64,000 nucleotides of DNA, from positions 202,455-266,454 of the forward strand of contig OZ246403.1 of NCBI GenBank assembly GCA_965230925.1, read 5' to 3'. Origin of the DNA: an uncultured Candidatus Saccharibacteria bacterium (GTDB lineage Bacteria > Patescibacteriota > Minisyncoccia > Phycocordibacterales > JACOZG01). The notes below the pieces were generated by a model. It was not told where the DNA came from. It saw only the letters and a list, made by a program, of their open reading frames with translations, and searched no databases. Position numbers and translations under genes: made by a program. Below, piece after piece: positions 27,596 through 36,754 of this stretch (positions are counted from its first letter, which is position 1; the number at the start of each line of letters is the position of its first letter).

Positions 27596-28396
27596 TTAAA
27601 CCGCGCAGCTCCCGCCACCATCAGTAGTTGTCGGTTGAACCACGGCAAGGGCTCGTTGATAGCCGGAACCACTTGAATATTCTTTACCAACAAGTATTTG
27701 TGGCGACAATTTTTCGTCAACACCCTTTATCTTCAGGTACTGGGCAATGGTTTGATAATGATCTGGAAACCAGCTCAAATTGGCATTCATCGCCGCCTCC
27801 CACATCTCTACTTCCGTTGCTCCTTGCGATGCCAAATATTCTAGCAACCCAAGCATCGCCATACCGTGATTACAGTCCGGAAAATGGGTTGAATTGTTGC
27901 AACAGGGCCGATAAATTTCTTTGGCCATTTCCTCTACTAGCGTTTGTTGGTCGGGCGTCAACGTCGCGAGATCGTGCATAGAGTAATGATCCATTACCGA
28001 CCCTTTGGCAACACTCCAACCACCGACAGAGGCCATATTTTCCGGACCACCATATCGCGCATCCATAATTGGCCCGCTCTCCAGAACCTGATTTTTATTA
28101 GCTAAGCCATAGGCCCAGAGTAAGTTTAGCTCGGTCACTTCAGGAAGCTTGGCGGGATTAATGGTGCCGTTAGACACCAGGGTCGCCAACATTTTTTCCT
28201 CGGCCTCTAATGGCAGGATGCTCCCGCCATCCACCAGCATCACTTGTGACTCTCTCGTACTCGGAACTTGATCTGAAGGCAAAAAGTTTTCAACATTATA
28301 AACCACAGAACTCGCTATAATGATTACCGCAATCACACTAACCAGTAGAAGTAAGTGCCAGTCACCGAGTTTTCTAGGTTCTGTATTGTTTTCCAT
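27596..28396 (-). CDS. Conserved-looking hypothetical Cys/His protein, TM-anchored
   Basis: IYRPCCNNSTHFPDCNHGMAMLGL motif and C-terminal GGSCAV. Confidence 0.75.
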   Translation of the reverse strand: MENNTEPRKLGDWHLLLLVSVIAVIIIASSVVYNVENFLPSDQVPSTRESQVMLVDGGSILPLEAEEKMLATLVSNGTINPAKLPEVTELNLLWAYGLANKNQVLESGPIMDARYGGPENMASVGGWSVAKGSVMDHYSMHDLATLTPDQQTLVEEMAKEIYRPCCNNSTHFPDCNHGMAMLGLLEYLASQGATEVEMWEAAMNANLSWFPDHYQTIAQYLKIKGVDEKLSPQILVGKEYSSGSGYQRALAVVQPTTTDGGGSCAV

Positions 28397-28407
28397 AATT
28401 TGTTTAA

Positions 28408-28776
28408 TTATTTTTTATTATCCGTCAAAAGACAACCACTTTCTTGAGACAGTTTTTCAAGACCCTGTTTACCTTCAAATTTCTTACCGTCCGGAAACAC
28501 CCAAGTTGGGTAGCCTTTAATTCCCACGGCCAAACACTTGTTTGGATCATCAGGACATTCGACATATGACACCAACTGAAATGAGTCTCCGAACGCCTTC
28601 TTTTCCTCTTGGCAGTGCGAACACCATTCCGCCCCATACATGGTGATTTGCTTATCAGCAAGACATTGAGCGAATGAATTAAGTTCGCCATTTACCTGCT
28701 GTCGATAAGACAACACGATGACAGTTGCTATTGCGATAATCCCGACACCGACACCAGCAAGGTGTTTACTTTTCAT
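28408..28776 (-). CDS. Thioredoxin-like protein (VKOR-associated Trx type)
   Basis: FAQCL..MYGAEWCSHC..YVEC..GYPTW..SGC. Confidence 0.85.
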   Translation of the reverse strand: MKSKHLAGVGVGIIAIATVIVLSYRQQVNGELNSFAQCLADKQITMYGAEWCSHCQEEKKAFGDSFQLVSYVECPDDPNKCLAVGIKGYPTWVFPDGKKFEGKQGLEKLSQESGCLLTDNKK

Positions 28777-29266
28777 CACAGCAGTCGACAAGTTTGTCCA
28801 CAATATCCTCAAATGACCACGGCTTTTCGCTCGCCGCTATTTTCTTAAATCCTGAAGGATCAACAAGCTTAAGGCGCAGGAACCAGAACATAGAGTACAT
28901 CTTGTAGGCTCGGTCAAACATTTCCACCGCTTCAGTTTTCTTGCCATCAGAATTTAGTTTTGTCCCAACCTCAATTAACCTCATCGTGGTGGCAAGTAAA
29001 TGCTTGGAGATACACCAGGTTTCGCCCTCATTCTTGTCCATCATTTTAGCCAGTAATTCTTTTCTGGTATTTCGCACCTGGGTAAGAAAATCAAAATACT
29101 CCGGTTTTTTGGTCTTCACCCCGGTAAAAAAGAAATGTTCTTCAAGACTAACGAGGTTCATGATCGCAAGACTTAAATCTTCTTCCGTCGAAAGATCAAC
29201 ACTTCCGGACTTTTTCATTTGTTCCACCTTTTCAAGCAAGACATCGAATTGTTGTTTGGTGATCAT
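28766..29266 (-). CDS. Hypothetical helical protein with C-terminal DCCDE
   Basis: NLVSLEEHF, WCISKHLL; coupled within the operon. Confidence 0.7.
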   Translation of the reverse strand: MITKQQFDVLLEKVEQMKKSGSVDLSTEEDLSLAIMNLVSLEEHFFFTGVKTKKPEYFDFLTQVRNTRKELLAKMMDKNEGETWCISKHLLATTMRLIEVGTKLNSDGKKTEAVEMFDRAYKMYSMFWFLRLKLVDPSGFKKIAASEKPWSFEDIVDKLVDCCDEK

Positions 29267-29271
29267 AATGT

Positions 29272-30054
29272 TTAGAGAAATAAAATTAAAAGACCGAGGA
29301 TTAACATCGCCACGCCGCCCCAGAGCCTCATTTGTTTGGTTTCCGCCTTCTTCCACGCTTTTACTTTTTCAAGCAGGGTGCTATCGCTCGCAATAAACAA
29401 AATAATTACCAGTGGCAAAACGAAAATGAGGTTGTAGAGCAATAGGTAGCCAACACCAGCTAGGTAAGTTCCTTGATCATGCAGAAGTCCAAGGACCATT
29501 AGATACGGGCCACCAGTACACGGGAATTCACAGAGCCCCACTAGTGCCCCCAGAAGAAACACGGCTGGCAATGAGGCTTTATTCATAAGTGAGGCTATTT
29601 TAGTGTGCGCCACCTGCGGAATACGAAGCTTGATTGGGAATGAAGGAAAAAACTCGTTGATGAGATTGATTCCACCAAGGACGACTAGAAGCGCCGCCCC
29701 AACCTTCGCCATAAAGTGCGGAGTATTGAAGAGATGAAGAGCCTGCAGAATTCCCAAACCAATAAGAATGTAGACCACCATAAGCCCAAGAATGTAGACA
29801 CCGCCAATCTTTAGAATGCTAGACCGACTTTTTTGCAAAGACAGCAAAAAAGCAACGGTGAGAAGCAGAATACCGAAGGCGCAAGGGTTAATACTATCGA
29901 TCAACGCCGCCACACCAACCAGAGGCAGTAGCCATTTACCTTCCGCACTTAAACTCCAGAGAGCCGTCGTGCCAATATTGCCCACCTTTAGGAAAACCAC
30001 TGAACCGATAAGTAGGACGGCAAAAACAATAAGAATTATTAACTTTTTACTCAT
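29272..30054 (-). CDS. CcdA/DsbD-like transmembrane thiol-disulfide protein
   Basis: DSINPCAF and CEFPCTGGPY Cys pair; YNLIFVLPL. Confidence 0.85.
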   Translation of the reverse strand: MSKKLIILIVFAVLLIGSVVFLKVGNIGTTALWSLSAEGKWLLPLVGVAALIDSINPCAFGILLLTVAFLLSLQKSRSSILKIGGVYILGLMVVYILIGLGILQALHLFNTPHFMAKVGAALLVVLGGINLINEFFPSFPIKLRIPQVAHTKIASLMNKASLPAVFLLGALVGLCEFPCTGGPYLMVLGLLHDQGTYLAGVGYLLLYNLIFVLPLVIILFIASDSTLLEKVKAWKKAETKQMRLWGGVAMLILGLLILFL

Positions 30055-30058
30055 AAGA

Positions 30059-30556
30059 TTAAGGTGTAACTGTCGCCGAAAACTGAAGTTCAATTGGTTC
30101 ACCGGCATTGTTTTCTAAGACAATTGACCTCTGAATTTGACCAACCCCGGCTGGACCATGAGCCGCGGGATCAAAAACGACCTCAACAATCGCTTCTTCA
30201 CTAGGACTAATTAACCCATCGATTTTGGGAACTGCTCCGTGTCCTGGCATACCGAAGGGACCAAACTGCCCACTGGCGGTTAACAATTCAGCGGTGGTAC
30301 ACATGCAGGAAGTGTACATTTTGTCGACAGTGACACCTTCACTACTAATGTTTTTGATTTTGAATTGATGCTTTACTTTTCCGGCCACCATTGAGATGGT
30401 GCCGAAATCGTAGTTGCTAGCTTCTTGCACGGTCAGGGCACTATTGCTATTTGCTGATATTTTGCCATTGCCTTGAGAAGGATCGGGGCGAGCAGACCAA
30501 ACAAGTCCCCCGAAAACAATAACCCCCACAATAATTCCGATAATAGTTTTGTTCAT
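30059..30556 (-). CDS. DUF1573 family protein
   Basis: YDFGTI, TSCMCT, FGMPGHG, FDPAAHGPAGVG. Confidence 0.82.
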   Translation of the reverse strand: MNKTIIGIIVGVIVFGGLVWSARPDPSQGNGKISANSNSALTVQEASNYDFGTISMVAGKVKHQFKIKNISSEGVTVDKMYTSCMCTTAELLTASGQFGPFGMPGHGAVPKIDGLISPSEEAIVEVVFDPAAHGPAGVGQIQRSIVLENNAGEPIELQFSATVTP

Positions 30557-30630
30557 GTTTTAGCTTAAAATTAAAATAGAAAAAACGCGCAACACAAACC
30601 CGTTCGACAAAACGGCTCTGAATTGGCGTC

Positions 30631-31038
30631 TTAAAAAGAAGCAGGACTATTCTCGTGAAGTGCTAACCAGCGCAAAAACTTTTTCTTAGACGGCAGACTA
30701 AATTGTTCTACCCCATATCGGCAACCAGAAAAACTAAACGAGGGCGAAACAAGATACTTACCGAAAGGTGTACCCAAAAATGCCCAGAGCGCCAACAAAG
30801 CAAAAAACAAAAAGAAAGCTGAAACCTGACCACCAAGAGTGGCTAGAGAAAAATCACGAAGGGCATCGAGATGAAAATTGAGAGACTTAATAATATTCCC
30901 CGTCTCCGGACAAACTACTCCCCGCGTGATGGCGATTGGACAACCCCCATCACTGTGGTTCATTGTGTGTATCCCGAAAACACCAAAAACAGCAACACCT
31001 ATGAGCCCAATGAGTAAAAAAGTGCCCAGATACTTCAT
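30631..31038 (-). CDS. Hypothetical membrane protein with His/Cys motif (first gene of the metal operon)
   Basis: HTMNHSDGGCP...C...HL; C-terminal RWLALHENSP. Confidence 0.65.
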   Translation of the reverse strand: MKYLGTFLLIGLIGVAVFGVFGIHTMNHSDGGCPIAITRGVVCPETGNIIKSLNFHLDALRDFSLATLGGQVSAFFLFFALLALWAFLGTPFGKYLVSPSFSFSGCRYGVEQFSLPSKKKFLRWLALHENSPASF

Positions 31039-31117
31039 ATCAGCACATCATACTACCACGAAGCCAAAACCTCAAGAATGTGGTCAACCAGTTCGGCAAA
31101 ACGAAACAATTCTTAAA

Positions 31118-31489
31118 CTAAACCTTAGGCGTCTTGGGTGGCCAGTGCATGAGGAGGAGAGCCAGCGGTGCGCCCCAATTGGCCCAACGCTCCACGAAGT
31201 CCCAGATCGGCATACCCACAATCGGTCGGAGTAGCGCCGTCCAGAAACCCCAGAACACCATCCAGAGCAAAGCGATCCGAACGGGCTTGAACAAAACAAG
31301 AATCGCGAGCGCAATATCCATAATTCCGATAATAAAAAGTAGCTGGGTCGCGAGATTAGGATCAGTAACCCCAAAGTTCGAGAACCAGCCAATCCAATCC
31401 TTCTTACCCTGAAGAGCAAAAACACCATGACCAATGAACTCCCCCGCCACCGCCAGGCGCAATACCCAATCCATTAGTTTTGTATTCAT
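31118..31489 (-). CDS. DoxX-like membrane protein
   Basis: LRLAVAGEFIGHG...WTALLRP...DFVERWANWGAPLAL. Confidence 0.7.
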   Translation of the reverse strand: MNTKLMDWVLRLAVAGEFIGHGVFALQGKKDWIGWFSNFGVTDPNLATQLLFIIGIMDIALAILVLFKPVRIALLWMVFWGFWTALLRPIVGMPIWDFVERWANWGAPLALLLMHWPPKTPKV

Positions 31490-31555
31490 GTTTTTATTAC
31501 TAAACTAATAAGTTTAAGTATAACACCAGCTTCTCAAGAGGGGCTGTGACTAACT

Positions 31556-31828
31556 TTAGTCAATCTTTTTCTGGAGACGCTTATAGAGCGAGCCAGTGAA
31601 AACGAGAACAATGAGCCCGATGATAAAAACAACTATCGGGTTGTCTTCTAGTAGCGGAATTTTAAAAATAATTTCATCGAAGCCGTGCAAAACTGACATG
31701 ACCCCAAAGAGAACTAGGAAAGAAAATGTGATGGGATAGCGACTAAAAACACTTTGCGTCTTGCTCTCCATGAAATGATTCACCTTCATGGTGGCATTTT
31801 CTATTTCATGTAGCGGGTCTTTTATCAT
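31556..31828 (-). CDS. Small membrane protein
   Basis: Two TM helices; TGaTATAAT 6 nt before ATG. Confidence 0.7.
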   Translation of the reverse strand: MIKDPLHEIENATMKVNHFMESKTQSVFSRYPITFSFLVLFGVMSVLHGFDEIIFKIPLLEDNPIVVFIIGLIVLVFTGSLYKRLQKKID

Positions 31829-31927
31829 TCTGGAATTATATCATGCCTTGATTTGAGGTCGGGTGGTCTAAACAACAGAAAGGGTCGCCTCGGCATAACA
31901 CCGGTGCGACCCGTTTTGCATACCACC

Positions 31928-32389
31928 TCAGTACTCCTTCGGCGGCGGAATGACCGGATCACCGGTCTTAATGATTCCACCCACTATCACTTCGGCAACC
32001 AATCCTCCCCGATCAAAGAACGTTTCCTGAAAACTCTTCGAATTTCCAGAGAGCTTGCTTGGTCTGCGACACGGATCGCAATACTTCACGCCACGAAAGC
32101 GCGCGCGCCCAATTTGGAATTCCCTACCGATGAGCCACATCAGCTCAACACCTTCAATGAAGATGTTTCGGCGACTGTCTTTGAACTCAAAACCGCTCCC
32201 GGCAAAGAAAATCGCGTTCATCATCGTGACCTGACGACTGCCTTGCTGGCCTTTATTGAAGCTCCCCTCCCCAGTCGAGTACCGATCACCCTTGAGACCT
32301 TGTCCGACGACCGCTTCCACTTCCAAAATTTCCTGCATTGGCTCACCGGCCACTGGGCCAACGCAAATCGCTTTGACAATCCCGTTCAT
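31928..32389 (-). CDS. MOSC domain protein
   Basis: GLKGDRY, RQVT, RRNI, CDPC, RGGLVAEVIVGGIIKTGD. Confidence 0.9.
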   Translation of the reverse strand: MNGIVKAICVGPVAGEPMQEILEVEAVVGQGLKGDRYSTGEGSFNKGQQGSRQVTMMNAIFFAGSGFEFKDSRRNIFIEGVELMWLIGREFQIGRARFRGVKYCDPCRRPSKLSGNSKSFQETFFDRGGLVAEVIVGGIIKTGDPVIPPPKEY

Positions 32390-32509
32390 GTTTTGACCCT
32401 TTCGTTTCTGAAGGTTACATTAAGATCTACGTCTGAATCGAATTCTACTCACTTTATAGTAAAAAACAAACTGGACACAAATTAATTACAACTTTGATAG
32501 AATAACCTG

Positions 32510-32731
32510 ATGCATAAAATGCCAGCGGATTTACAGAAAGCCATTGCGGCGGCGCCGAGAGCGAAGGCTACGTGGGAAGACATTACGCCGCTGGCACGCA
32601 ATGAGTGGATCTGCTGGGTAACGAGCGGCAAGAAGACGGAAACGAGAACTATCCGGATCGAGAAAGCGCTCTCCAAGCTCGGGGGTGGCATGCGCCGACC
32701 CTGCTGTTGGGCCGGCTGTGTTCATCGATAA
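32510..32731 (+). CDS. YdeI/OmpD-associated family protein
   Basis: PADLQKAI..WEDITPLARNEWICWV..KKTETR..RPCCWAGC. Confidence 0.85.
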   Translation: MHKMPADLQKAIAAAPRAKATWEDITPLARNEWICWVTSGKKTETRTIRIEKALSKLGGGMRRPCCWAGCVHR

Positions 32732-32788
32732 GATATCAAAATCTCTATCTAATCTTAAACTCAATATTGTGTGCTAATATTACATACT

Positions 32789-33232
32789 ATGAACAATTCA
32801 CGCTTTAGCACCACTGCTTTTCGCATAATTCTCGTATTATTAGGCATTATTAATCTGTTTTTGGGAATCAATATTGTTGCAGGAGGCATAGAGACGATGG
32901 GTTGGACGGGTCTCGAAAATTTTTTACAAATCACCAACGAATCGATGTACTCTGTGCAAGACAGTCATGTGCGCTTCTTCGGAGGTTTATATGCGGGTGT
33001 CGGCCTATTCTTGCTGTTAGCGTCGAGTAACGTGAAAAAATATCGTGATGGATTATACCTCACCTTCTTTTTAATTTTTATTGGCGGCCTCGGACGACTC
33101 GGCCTCCCACAATCTGATGTGCTGTTTGGTTCCAAAATTATCGGGTCTTTTGTCGTAGAACTACTCGGGATGCCACTTTTGTCGTTCTGGCTATTCAAAA
33201 AGACCGCTCAACCCAATACTCCCACTGTGTAG
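32789..33232 (+). CDS. DUF4345-like membrane protein
   Basis: DSHVRFFGGLY...FIGGLGRL...VEL. Confidence 0.7.
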   Translation: MNNSRFSTTAFRIILVLLGIINLFLGINIVAGGIETMGWTGLENFLQITNESMYSVQDSHVRFFGGLYAGVGLFLLLASSNVKKYRDGLYLTFFLIFIGGLGRLGLPQSDVLFGSKIIGSFVVELLGMPLLSFWLFKKTAQPNTPTV

Positions 33233-33275
33233 CGCTGTGTTTATCGCCTGCCACGAGGAGCTGGCGAAAATTCAT

Positions 33276-34103
33276 ATGACAACAATCATTCGGAAATATC
33301 CAGCACTATCGTTGCTTTTTCTGGCCATGATTTTAGGCGCTGCCCCCTTACTTGCAGTACGCGCCGGATTGCTTCCTCAAGGAGCAACGCAATTAGGAGC
33401 ATTTAGCGCTGGATTGGCCGGAATTATCCTTGCGGCAATTGAGAACCGGGCAAATGCCGGCAAATTACTCCGCAGTCTCCTGATCTGGCGCGTAAATATC
33501 TGGTGGTGGATCTTTGCAATATTCTTTTTGATTATTCCCTCTGTCTCTGCCTTATACCTTTTTGATCTGCTTGGTGGACCAGAGGTTGATTGGAGTGGCT
33601 TGAAACCACTTTATAGCGTGATACCCACTATTATTGTACTAACCGTCTTAGCCGGACTAGGCGAAGAATTTGGTTGGAGAGGATTTCTCTTGCCAAGACT
33701 TCAGGCTCGCCACAACGCGCTTGTTGCTAGTTTGATTGTCGGATTAGTGTGGGGCCTGTGGCATATACCTCTTTTCCTTACCCCAGGGACAACTCAATAT
33801 GCCTGGCGCATGGAAGCCGGCACAACAATCGCCATCCTCGGCTACACACTTTTCTGCGTGGCATGGTCAATCCAATACACCTGGGTTTTCAATAACACAA
33901 AAGGAAGCGTGCTACTTGCCGCTCTCATACACGGAGCAGGCAACGCTTGGATTGGTAGCTACATTAATGTTTACAGGGGTCATTTCTGGGGTATCATCAC
34001 CTTTACCGTCGTGATGTTGGCTGTGTCTATTTTTATTGTCCTAATATCTGGGGCAACCAATCTTTCTCACACACAAAACAGGATTGTTCAGGAGCCAAAC
34101 TGA
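33276..34103 (+). CDS. CPBP (Abi/CAAX) intramembrane metalloprotease
   Basis: GEEFGWRG, WGLWHIP, HGAGN. Confidence 0.92.
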   Translation: MTTIIRKYPALSLLFLAMILGAAPLLAVRAGLLPQGATQLGAFSAGLAGIILAAIENRANAGKLLRSLLIWRVNIWWWIFAIFFLIIPSVSALYLFDLLGGPEVDWSGLKPLYSVIPTIIVLTVLAGLGEEFGWRGFLLPRLQARHNALVASLIVGLVWGLWHIPLFLTPGTTQYAWRMEAGTTIAILGYTLFCVAWSIQYTWVFNNTKGSVLLAALIHGAGNAWIGSYINVYRGHFWGIITFTVVMLAVSIFIVLISGATNLSHTQNRIVQEPN

Positions 34104-34143
34104 AGAATTTTATCTCTCCAGCTTTTTTCTTAGTTCATCGATA

Positions 34144-34318
34144 TTATTTAGAAGAAAATTCAATTATCCACTCAATACCGTATTTGTCTCGAAACATCGC
34201 AAAGTATGAACCCCAAGGGCTGTCGGCAATAGGCATTTCAACAATGCCACCCGCTGAAAGTCCGTTGAATAATCTATCTGCTTCTTCTGAAGTTAATCCA
34301 AGGATTTATTGTTGTCAT
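34144..34318 (-). pseudogene. VOC/PhnB-like pseudogene with an internal deletion and frameshift
   Basis: MTTINPWINF joined out of frame to EEADRLFNGLSAGGIVEMPIADSPWGSYFAMFRDKYGIEWIIEFSSK*; 175 nt long. Confidence 0.8.
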
Positions 34319-34319
34319 G

Positions 34320-34391
34320 CTCCGGAGGCAGGATTCGAACCTGCGACCAACCGCTTAACAGGCGGTCGCTCTACCACTGAGCTACTCCGGA
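34320..34391 (-). tRNA. tRNA-Asn (GTT), CCA not encoded
   Basis: TCCGGAG acceptor stem, GCTC/GAGC D-arm, ACCGC-CTGTTAA-GCGGT anticodon arm, GCAGG-TTCGAAT-CCTGC T-arm. Confidence 0.97.
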
Positions 34392-34468
34392 ATGCGAGAA
34401 TTATCATAGCAAAAAGTTAGAAAAACACCATTTTATAAGCGCCCATCAGAGTTATCCCCAACTTTGGC

Positions 34469-34498
34469 TTGCGTGGTGAACTGTGGTTCACCTATAAT
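34469..34498 (+). promoter_or_regulatory. lexA operon promoter with a palindromic SOS-box-like operator in the spacer
   Basis: TTGCGT (34469-34474), GGTGAAC-TGTG-GTTCACC (34475-34492), TATAAT (34493-34498). Confidence 0.8.
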
Positions 34499-34504
34499 GG
34501 TGAC

Positions 34505-34717
34505 ATGCAAAAAGAAAATTTAATTAGGGTCATGCAAGATGAATTGCGGCAGTTGAATCAAGAAATTGATTTACGGATTGTGAAGGGTTTGTCTTATCAA
34601 CACGCGGCCAAGCGCCACAAGTTCCTGATGAAGCAATTGAGCAACTTAACCCATGTCCGATTCGGTAATAATCGTACGAGTTTCTGGCCACGCCTCGCTT
34701 CTGCCTTCGCCTTCTAA
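34505..34717 (+). CDS. Small hypothetical protein co-transcribed with lexA
   Basis: ATG 6 nt after TATAAT; stop overlaps the lexA start (TAATG). Confidence 0.7.
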   Translation: MQKENLIRVMQDELRQLNQEIDLRIVKGLSYQHAAKRHKFLMKQLSNLTHVRFGNNRTSFWPRLASAFAF

Positions 34718-35280
34718 TGGAAGAATATAAAAATAAAATTATCGCCTTCTTTGAACGCACGCGGCGCATGCCGGGCTACAAGGAACTGATGGCGATCACC
34801 GGCTTCAAGTCTAAAAACGCGGTATATAAATTAATTAACAAACTCGTCGAGGCCGGAATTTTAAATAAAGATGCAAGCGGGAAGATTACGCTCAATCGCG
34901 CGCTGGGTGAAGTGCCCTTGCTCGGTCTTGTGGAAGCTGGCTTCCCCTCGCCTGGTGAAGAAGCAGTGCTCGACACCATTAATCTCGACGATTATTTGAT
35001 AAAAAACAAACTCTCGACTTATTTACTCGAGGTGAAGGGAGACTCGATGATCGAAGCTGGTATCCACGAGGGCGACTTGGTGATGGCCGAGCGCGGCAAG
35101 GTAGCCAAAGTTGGCGATATCGTCATCGCCCAAGTGGATGGTGATTACACACTCAAGTATTATCGGCAGAAAGGAAATCAGAGTTACCTCGAGCCGGCCA
35201 ACAAGAAATATAAACCCATCTACCCCACCACTGATCTTAAAATTGAGGCGGTGGTGAAGGCGGTTATTAGGAAATATTAG
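34717..35280 (+). CDS. lexA: LexA repressor (HTH + S24 peptidase)
   Basis: MPGYKELM..GFKSKNAV HTH, VEAGFP cleavage site, GDSM, TLKY, LEPAN. Confidence 0.88.
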   Translation: MEEYKNKIIAFFERTRRMPGYKELMAITGFKSKNAVYKLINKLVEAGILNKDASGKITLNRALGEVPLLGLVEAGFPSPGEEAVLDTINLDDYLIKNKLSTYLLEVKGDSMIEAGIHEGDLVMAERGKVAKVGDIVIAQVDGDYTLKYYRQKGNQSYLEPANKKYKPIYPTTDLKIEAVVKAVIRKY

Positions 35281-35299
35281 ATCATGATATATTTTATAC

Positions 35300-35857
35300 G
35301 TGTTTACGAGGAAATCATTTATCTTTTCTCTCCTCATTATCGTCTGCACCATTGCTTTGCTTCTATCGCTCGGCCGCTTACCCTTCTGCAAGTGCGATAA
35401 GATCGCGCTCTGGTCGGGCGATATTAATGGGCCGGAGAATTCTCAACAAATTGTTGACCCTTACAGCTTCACCCACGTGATCCACGGCCTCGCCTTCTAC
35501 GGCGCGCTCCACCTTATTGCGCCGCAAGTTGCTCTCCCCGCGAGACTCCTCATCGCCGTGGGTGTTGAATCTGGCTGGGAAGTGCTCGAGAATACCAATT
35601 TCACCATCGATCGCTATCGAGAAGACACGGTGTCGTATGGCTACTACGGTGACAGCATCCTCAACTCGATTAGTGACATTATTATGATGGTGATCGGTTT
35701 CTACCTCGCAGCTAAACTCAAACCCTGGCACACCGTCGCCTTGATTGTCTTGATCGAGATCATTCTCGCCCTCACCATCCGCGACGGCTTGCTGATCAAT
35801 ATTATTATGTTAATCTGGCCCCTCGAATGGCTCAAGAACTGGCAATTGGGAACGTAA
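35300..35857 (+). CDS. DUF2585 family membrane protein
   Basis: NSQQIVDPYSFTHVIHG, WEVLEN, YYGDSILNS, IRDGLLINIIML. Confidence 0.88.
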   Translation: MFTRKSFIFSLLIIVCTIALLLSLGRLPFCKCDKIALWSGDINGPENSQQIVDPYSFTHVIHGLAFYGALHLIAPQVALPARLLIAVGVESGWEVLENTNFTIDRYREDTVSYGYYGDSILNSISDIIMMVIGFYLAAKLKPWHTVALIVLIEIILALTIRDGLLINIIMLIWPLEWLKNWQLGT

Positions 35858-36417
35858 TCAAGGTCCTCAAGGAGGGCGGCGTTGGCGTGCTCCCAACCGA
35901 TACTTTATATGGCCTTTCGGCCTCGGTGTTTAAACCTGAAGCGGTAGAAAAAATTTATAAACTGAAAGGCAAAGACGCGAGTAAACCCTTAATTATCTTA
36001 ATCAATTCGTTTGAAGATTTAGCAACATTGGGCATAAAAATTGATCCAACGAAGGAAGAAATTTTAAGAAAAATCTGGCCGGGAGCGATAAGCGTAATCT
36101 TGCCTTGCGACAACAATGATCTTGAATATCTCCACCGGGGAACCAGAACTCTCGCAGTCCGCCTGCCAAACAAGCCAGACCTGATCGAGTTCTTACAGCA
36201 AACTGGACCAATTATCTCCACCAGCGTAAACGCAACTAATCAGCCGCCAGCCAGCACCATCGCCGAGGCAAAAAATTATTTTGGTGATCAAGTCAACTTC
36301 TATCTCGACGCCGGCCCGCTCGCCGGCGCACCGTCTACTCTTATCTCTCTCGTAAACGATAAAGTCGAGATTCTGCGCCAAGGTGCAGTTCAAATTCCTT
36401 CTGATTTGCTAAACTAG
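35827..36417 (+). CDS. tsaC: L-threonylcarbamoyladenylate synthase (Sua5/YrdC)
   Basis: PTDTLYGL, KP, WPG, AVRLP, STSVN, PST, LRQG. Confidence 0.9.
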   Translation: MAQELAIGNVIKVLKEGGVGVLPTDTLYGLSASVFKPEAVEKIYKLKGKDASKPLIILINSFEDLATLGIKIDPTKEEILRKIWPGAISVILPCDNNDLEYLHRGTRTLAVRLPNKPDLIEFLQQTGPIISTSVNATNQPPASTIAEAKNYFGDQVNFYLDAGPLAGAPSTLISLVNDKVEILRQGAVQIPSDLLN

Positions 36418-36421
36418 AGTA

Positions 36422-36754
36422 ATGGATTTAGACAATCGCCATTGTGTGCCCTGTGAGAAAAATATGCCTCCATTAACGGAGGCGCAACTACACGGATTCT
36501 TGAAGGAACTTTTGACTCCATGGGAGGTGGTTGATGGGAAGAAGTTAAAAAAAGAATTCACCTTCCCCGACTTCCGCCACTCGATGCTTTTTATAAACAA
36601 AATAGCGCCGCTCGCCGAGCGCGAAGGCCATCATCCCGATATTTACATTTTCTACAATAAAGTAGTAATCGAACTCTGGACCCACAAAATCGGCGGCCTC
36701 TCCGAAAACGACTTCATCTTAGCGCGAAAGATTGAGAAGTTAACTATAGATTAA
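36422..36754 (+). CDS. Pterin-4-alpha-carbinolamine dehydratase
   Basis: CVPC, AEREGHHPDI, WTHKIGGLSENDFILA. Confidence 0.92.
   Translation: MDLDNRHCVPCEKNMPPLTEAQLHGFLKELLTPWEVVDGKKLKKEFTFPDFRHSMLFINKIAPLAEREGHHPDIYIFYNKVVIELWTHKIGGLSENDFILARKIEKLTID

Noticed and set aside
34184-34420. 78-aa plus-strand ORF
   Set aside because: Overlaps tRNA-Asn and the VOC pseudogene on the opposite strand.
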